From contig OZ220733.1 of assembly GCA_965116875.1 (NCBI GenBank), forward strand, positions 4,384,001 through 4,448,000: a stretch of 64,000 nt of DNA, in the 5' to 3' direction. Shown piece after piece: positions 59,521 to 64,000 of this stretch (its first letter is position 1; every line of letters begins with the position of its first letter). Below the pieces are notes generated by a model, which was not told the origin of the DNA, made no database searches, and saw only the letters and a list, made by a program, of their open reading frames with translations. Source of the stretch: Candidatus Latescibacterota bacterium (lineage in GTDB: Bacteria; Latescibacterota; UBA2968; GCA-2709665). Both the position numbers and the translations under genes were made by a program.

Positions 59521-61533
59521 ATGGCTGAACCGGACAGGATTTCCTCACGGGGTCTGGCCCGGCTGGCGAGAAGTCCCGTGGACGTCGCAGTCGAAGACAG
59601 GGGAACGACTGTACGGGCGCTGATTTTCGGGCTGTGTCTGTCCCTCGTCATCAGCGTTCTGGGAAACGTCGTACGGTATATTCTCCACTCATCATTTATG
59701 GCGTACAGCCATATGCCAATGGGCAACCTGATTGTCTGGCTGCTGTCGATCCTGCTCTGTGCGGCGCTGGCAAAAGTGTTCGGCCGAAGGTTCGTGTTTT
59801 CACCCAGCGAATGGATCACGGTCTTCGCAATGGGGTTTATCGCTTCGCTGGGGCCCACCTACGGCGTTAGCGGCTATCTCGTGGGTGTCATCGTGACACC
59901 CTATTATTTCGCCACACCCGAAAACCGCTGGGCCGAATTCCTGCATCCGTACCTCCCGGAATGGATGATCCCAACCAACAAGGACGGGGCAATGACCTGG
60001 TTTTACGACGGGTTGCCCCATGGCGCCCCCATTCCGTGGGAAGCCTGGACGATGCCCCTGTTCTGGTGGTTTACGTTCGTCTGTGCGGTCGCGCTTGCGT
60101 GTCTGTGCGCGTCGGTGATCATCCACAGGCAGTGGTCCGAGAACGAGAAGATCGTGTTTCCCGCGATGGAACCCATCGTGGAGATAGCGGCAAACGCAGG
60201 CAAGGGCAGAAGCTGGCTCCCCGAATTCATGACCGGCAAGGCGTTCTGGACGGGATTCGGCATCGTCTTTTTTGTGTTCAGTTGGAATATCATCGGGTGG
60301 TTCAAACCGGGTTTCCCCGTTTTTCCAACGGCGAGGGGGACCTGGATACCGCTGGGGCAGGCCTTCCCGCCGCAGTGGATTTTCGTAAGCACGGTCGTCA
60401 TCTGTTTTTCCTATTTCGCCAGCCTCGAGGTGTTGTTCAGTCTCTGGTTTTTTGACCTGGTCTTCATTTTCGAGGGCGGATTCCTCAACCGGCTCGGCGT
60501 CGAGGCGATTTCACCTCACTATATGACGGGTCGCTACGGCTGGCAGACGGCGGGCGCCTTCGTCGGAATTGCCGTCTGGTGGCTGCTGGTATCCCGGACG
60601 CATCTCTGGCAGGCGTTTCGCAAGGCGCTCCGGCCCGATCGCAGCCCCATCGACGACCGTCGGGAACTGATATCCTATCGTGGGGCGTTTATCTGGCTGG
60701 GCATCTCCACGGCTTATACGGTCGCCTGGCTGTCCCAGGCGGGAATGGACCTCAAGATTATCTGTCTCCTGATTCCCACCATGTTCCTGATCTATTTCGG
60801 CGTGGCTAAAATACTGGCCGAGACGGGGCACATATATATTGGATCGGCGACCAGGGGATGGGAGCTGGCGGCGGCGGCGCTCGGCGGCGCCAGGGCCGTT
60901 CCCGCCGCCACCCACGCGGTCATGTACCCTGCGTCGGTATCCATCAACCACTTTCGCGCGTACACGTTTTCTCTGGGGATGCACCTGAATCGGCTGGGAG
61001 ACTTTCTTACCGGCGGGCACAGGGGGTTCTTCGGCGGCGTTTTCGGCGCGTTTGTCGTGGGTGTCGTGGGGTCCACGCTGTTTACGGTCTGGCTGGGATA
61101 TACGATCGGCGGGTACAACTTCCAGCCAAACTGGCTGATCATTCGCGCGGGCGTGGGGGGCTATCAGCGGGGCGTGAACGATATTCTCTCGCCCGAGCCG
61201 ACCGAAGTGGAGGACTACTGGTTCTTCCTGGCCGGCTTTATCGCCATGATGGCGTTGAATCTGCTGAGATACCGCCTCAGCTGGTGGCCGGTCCATCCGG
61301 TGGGATTCGCCATCTCGGGCGCGTGGCTGACGCGGCTGACGAGTTTCACGCTGTTTCTGGCGTGGCTGGTGAAGTTCATTCTGTTAAAGCTGGTCGGCGC
61401 CGGATTCTACAGGAAGTCGCGTCCGTTCTTCATCGGTGCGCTGACGGCATATATCCTGGTTACAACGCTCGGGTTGATCGTGGACGCCGTATTCTTCGGA
61501 AAACAGGGGCACACGCTCCACAAATGGTATTAG
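59521..61533 (+). CDS. Polytopic membrane protein, DUF6785/DUF6784-like putative transporter, paralog 1
   Basis: Many TM helices; YFATPENRW, RQW..NEKIVFP, WWPVHPVGF motifs. Confidence 0.75.
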   Translation: MAEPDRISSRGLARLARSPVDVAVEDRGTTVRALIFGLCLSLVISVLGNVVRYILHSSFMAYSHMPMGNLIVWLLSILLCAALAKVFGRRFVFSPSEWITVFAMGFIASLGPTYGVSGYLVGVIVTPYYFATPENRWAEFLHPYLPEWMIPTNKDGAMTWFYDGLPHGAPIPWEAWTMPLFWWFTFVCAVALACLCASVIIHRQWSENEKIVFPAMEPIVEIAANAGKGRSWLPEFMTGKAFWTGFGIVFFVFSWNIIGWFKPGFPVFPTARGTWIPLGQAFPPQWIFVSTVVICFSYFASLEVLFSLWFFDLVFIFEGGFLNRLGVEAISPHYMTGRYGWQTAGAFVGIAVWWLLVSRTHLWQAFRKALRPDRSPIDDRRELISYRGAFIWLGISTAYTVAWLSQAGMDLKIICLLIPTMFLIYFGVAKILAETGHIYIGSATRGWELAAAALGGARAVPAATHAVMYPASVSINHFRAYTFSLGMHLNRLGDFLTGGHRGFFGGVFGAFVVGVVGSTLFTVWLGYTIGGYNFQPNWLIIRAGVGGYQRGVNDILSPEPTEVEDYWFFLAGFIAMMALNLLRYRLSWWPVHPVGFAISGAWLTRLTSFTLFLAWLVKFILLKLVGAGFYRKSRPFFIGALTAYILVTTLGLIVDAVFFGKQGHTLHKWY

Positions 61534-61580
61534 CGCGATGGCGGGCGGTATTTCCTTTCACGCAAGTCGAGGGCTGATCC

Positions 61581-63584
61581 ATGCCTGAAAGCGGTGCGGC
61601 GGTTACACGGGCCGCACAACCGGATCCCGAAACGTCCGTGGCGGCAGCCGACCGGGGCGTCACGCTTCGATCGATCGCGTTCGGACTGTGTCTGGCCGTG
61701 GCGGTCAGTCTTCTGGCCAACACCGTACTCTATCTTGTTCATGGCTCATTGATGGCGTACAGCCATATGCCAATGGGCAACCTGATACTGACCATGCTGT
61801 CCATGGTTGTCTGTTCAGTACTGGCCTTTCGATTCGGAAGGCCCTTTGTGTTTTCGCGAACAGAGTGGCTTACGGTTTTCACCATGGGATTCGTGAGTTC
61901 GCTTGGGCCCACGTACGGCGTGAGCGGATATCTGGTGGGTGTGATCGTGTCCCCGTACTATTTCGCCACACCCGAGAACCGCTGGTCGGAGTTCCTGCAT
62001 CCCTATCTTCCGGAATTTATCTTTCCCCAGAACAGAAAAGGGGAAATGAGCTGGTTTTACAACGGATTGCCTCCCGACGCCGCCGTGCCATGGGAAAGCT
62101 GGGCCGGGCCGCTGTTCTGGTGGTTTACCTTTATTGCGGCGGTGGCATTCGCCTGTTTCTGTGCGTCGATCATCATCCACCGCCAGTGGTCGGAATACGA
62201 AAAGCTCGTCTTTCCGGCGATGGAGCCGATCGTGGAAATCGCTTCGCAGGGAGGCTCCGGGAAGCGGCTGCTTCCGGAATTGATGCAGGGCCGGATGTTC
62301 TGGGCCGGATTCTCGGTCAGCGCCTTCATCTATTGCTGGAACATGATCGGCTGGTTCTATCCCGCATTTCCGAGTTTTCGCATGACGCCGGGATGGTACC
62401 TTCCCCTGGCGCGCGACTTTCCCGCGCTGTGGATTTCTTTCAATACGTTCGTGATCTGCTTCGCGTATTTTGCCAGCCTGGAAGTCCTGTTCAGTCTCTG
62501 GTTTTTCGACCTCTTTTTCGTGGTGGAATCGGGTATCCTGACCCGGCTGGGCATGCCGTCCTGGCATTCCTACCGGTCCGCCGGCCCGTACACATGGCAG
62601 ACCACCGGCGCATTCGTGTGCCTGGCGGTCTTCTGGGTGCTGATTTCGAGGCGTCATCTCAAGGACGCTTTTTTGAAAGCGCTTAGACCGCAAAGCAAGC
62701 ATATAGACGACAGTCGCGAACTCATCTCCTACCGCGGGGCGTTTCTCGGCCTTGGAATCGCATGCTGTTACGCCGTCGCCTGGCTCTGGAACGCCGGGAT
62801 GGATACCGGCGTGATCGCGCTGACCATTCCGACCATGTTTCTCGTCTATCTGGCGATGGGCAAGATCCTTGCGGATTCAGGGCTGGTTTTTCTGAGTTCG
62901 CCCACGTCGGCCCGAAATCTTGTACAGGCTGCGTTCGGAGGGGCTGGCGGTATTCCGGCGGCGACCCACGCCTTATTCTATCCGACCGCGGTGGCATTGA
63001 GCCACTTCAAAGGAACCATATTCACTTTCGGTATGCATGCCAACCGGTTGGGCGACTTCATCTCAGGCAACAAGAGACGGTTGTTCTGGGCGGTATGCGC
63101 CGCGTTTCTGGTGGGGCTGGTGGCATCCACGCTGTACGTCGTCTGGCTCGGATACACCGTTGGCGGGTACAACTTCGAGCCGAACTGGCTGGTGACGCGG
63201 GCCGGACACAGCGGTTTCCAGGGTGCCGTCAGCGACATCATCTCGCCCAAACCGATGCAGTCCAGCGAGTATGTGTTCTTCATCGTCGGTGCGGTTGCCA
63301 TGGCGGCAATCACGTTCATGCGGTACCGGTTTACGTGGTGGCCGTTTCATCCCATTGGCTTCGCGCTTTCCGGCTCCGCCCTTTCGCATCTGACGGGATT
63401 TACGATTTTTCTGGCGTGGAGCCTGAAGGCGATTCTGCTGAGGTTTTTCGGCGCCGCGTTCTATCGGCGCTCTCGTCCGTTTTTTATCGGCCTGCTCATC
63501 GGGTATATATTCGCGATCGCGCTGGGACTCGTGCTGGATGCTGTCTGGTTCATGCCGCAGGGCCACCGCATCCATGTGTATTGA
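61581..63584 (+). CDS. Polytopic membrane protein, DUF6785/DUF6784-like putative transporter, paralog 2
   Basis: Collinear homology with 59521-61533 over its full length. Confidence 0.75.
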   Translation: MPESGAAVTRAAQPDPETSVAAADRGVTLRSIAFGLCLAVAVSLLANTVLYLVHGSLMAYSHMPMGNLILTMLSMVVCSVLAFRFGRPFVFSRTEWLTVFTMGFVSSLGPTYGVSGYLVGVIVSPYYFATPENRWSEFLHPYLPEFIFPQNRKGEMSWFYNGLPPDAAVPWESWAGPLFWWFTFIAAVAFACFCASIIIHRQWSEYEKLVFPAMEPIVEIASQGGSGKRLLPELMQGRMFWAGFSVSAFIYCWNMIGWFYPAFPSFRMTPGWYLPLARDFPALWISFNTFVICFAYFASLEVLFSLWFFDLFFVVESGILTRLGMPSWHSYRSAGPYTWQTTGAFVCLAVFWVLISRRHLKDAFLKALRPQSKHIDDSRELISYRGAFLGLGIACCYAVAWLWNAGMDTGVIALTIPTMFLVYLAMGKILADSGLVFLSSPTSARNLVQAAFGGAGGIPAATHALFYPTAVALSHFKGTIFTFGMHANRLGDFISGNKRRLFWAVCAAFLVGLVASTLYVVWLGYTVGGYNFEPNWLVTRAGHSGFQGAVSDIISPKPMQSSEYVFFIVGAVAMAAITFMRYRFTWWPFHPIGFALSGSALSHLTGFTIFLAWSLKAILLRFFGAAFYRRSRPFFIGLLIGYIFAIALGLVLDAVWFMPQGHRIHVY

Positions 63585-63750
63585 CTCAATTTGAGGCGAT
63601 GTTACCGGAAAATCGGCCACAGGAGTCCTGAATGCGGGGAGAAGGTAGAGGCGAGAAAACCCGGGTAGACGGGAGAAGAAGCCTTTGCCGGTCTGTTCTT
63701 CCGACTTGCCCGCAGCCCAAGAGGAGAACCGATACGGCAGGCAATCTCTT

Positions 63751-63785
63751 CCCTCTCCCGCGGGAGAGAGAGCCGGGGAGAGAGG
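63751..63785. repeat. REP-like GA-rich hairpin
   Basis: CCCTCTCCCGCGGGAGAGAGAGCCGGGGAGAGAGG; degraded relative near 63632. Confidence 0.5.
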
Positions 63786-63810
63786 TCCCGTACACAAAAG
63801 GAGAAATGGT

Positions 63811-64000
63811 ATGCCACAAGGTTTGCGCAAGGTAGCAGCCAAAGACGGCGCCGGTCGGATTGTCATGATCGAGGAACCGATTCCACGGCCTGGACCCGGA
63901 CAGGTCCTGGTTGAGGTCCGAGCGAGTTTTGTGAGTCCGGGTACGGAACTGGGCGCCGTGGCGAGGACCCGTAAGAATCCCGGAAGCGCACCGCCGCGTC
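63811..64000 (+). CDS. MDR/zinc-binding dehydrogenase family protein, truncated by window end
   Basis: Hand translation MPQGLRKVAAKDGAGRIVMIEEPIPRPGPGQVLVEVRASFVSPGTE; AAGGAG upstream. Confidence 0.75.
   Translation, partial: MPQGLRKVAAKDGAGRIVMIEEPIPRPGPGQVLVEVRASFVSPGTELGAVARTRKNPGSAPPR

Noticed and set aside
56268-59858. 498-aa and 659-aa minus-strand ORFs
   Set aside because: Antisense to comA, M14 and epimerase genes; no motifs.

Overview
High-GC bacterial chromosome segment with no rRNA, CRISPR array, integrase, transposase or reverse transcriptase that I can recognise. The gene content suggests a Latescibacterota/FCB-like, possibly host-associated organism; this is inference only. 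1-16 kb is accessory. It holds two secreted proteins that share an uncharacterised ~95-aa N-terminal domain and a common upstream palindromic box, an M4 protease, an LRR/FG-GAP protein and a GH5 (all three with the same dockerin/EF-hand-like module), a toxin-first PIN/Phd TA pair and tRNA-Glu. It ends with a stand-alone GIY-YIG nuclease embedded in ~1.6 kb of palindromic repeats. 16-33 kb: Opp/Dpp-type ABC transporter, tRNA-Arg and glycan/amide catabolic genes. 34-43 kb: GT2-TonB-ExbBD-RND-RDD cluster. 43-48 kb: FN3 protein and sigma54 activator between two ~123-bp direct repeats. 48-64 kb: thrC, hpnCDE, cobO, heparinase-like gene, comA, M14 peptidase, epimerase and two paralogous polytopic membrane proteins. 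The most striking signal is a ~23-nt hairpin micro-element with covarying arms that is inserted into itself up to four levels deep, inside larger TGTCA...TGACA repeats built on the same GAG/CGA hairpin motif. Empty and filled sites are both visible, and the repeats cluster around the GIY-YIG gene, making this a candidate nuclease-associated micro-mobile-element system.
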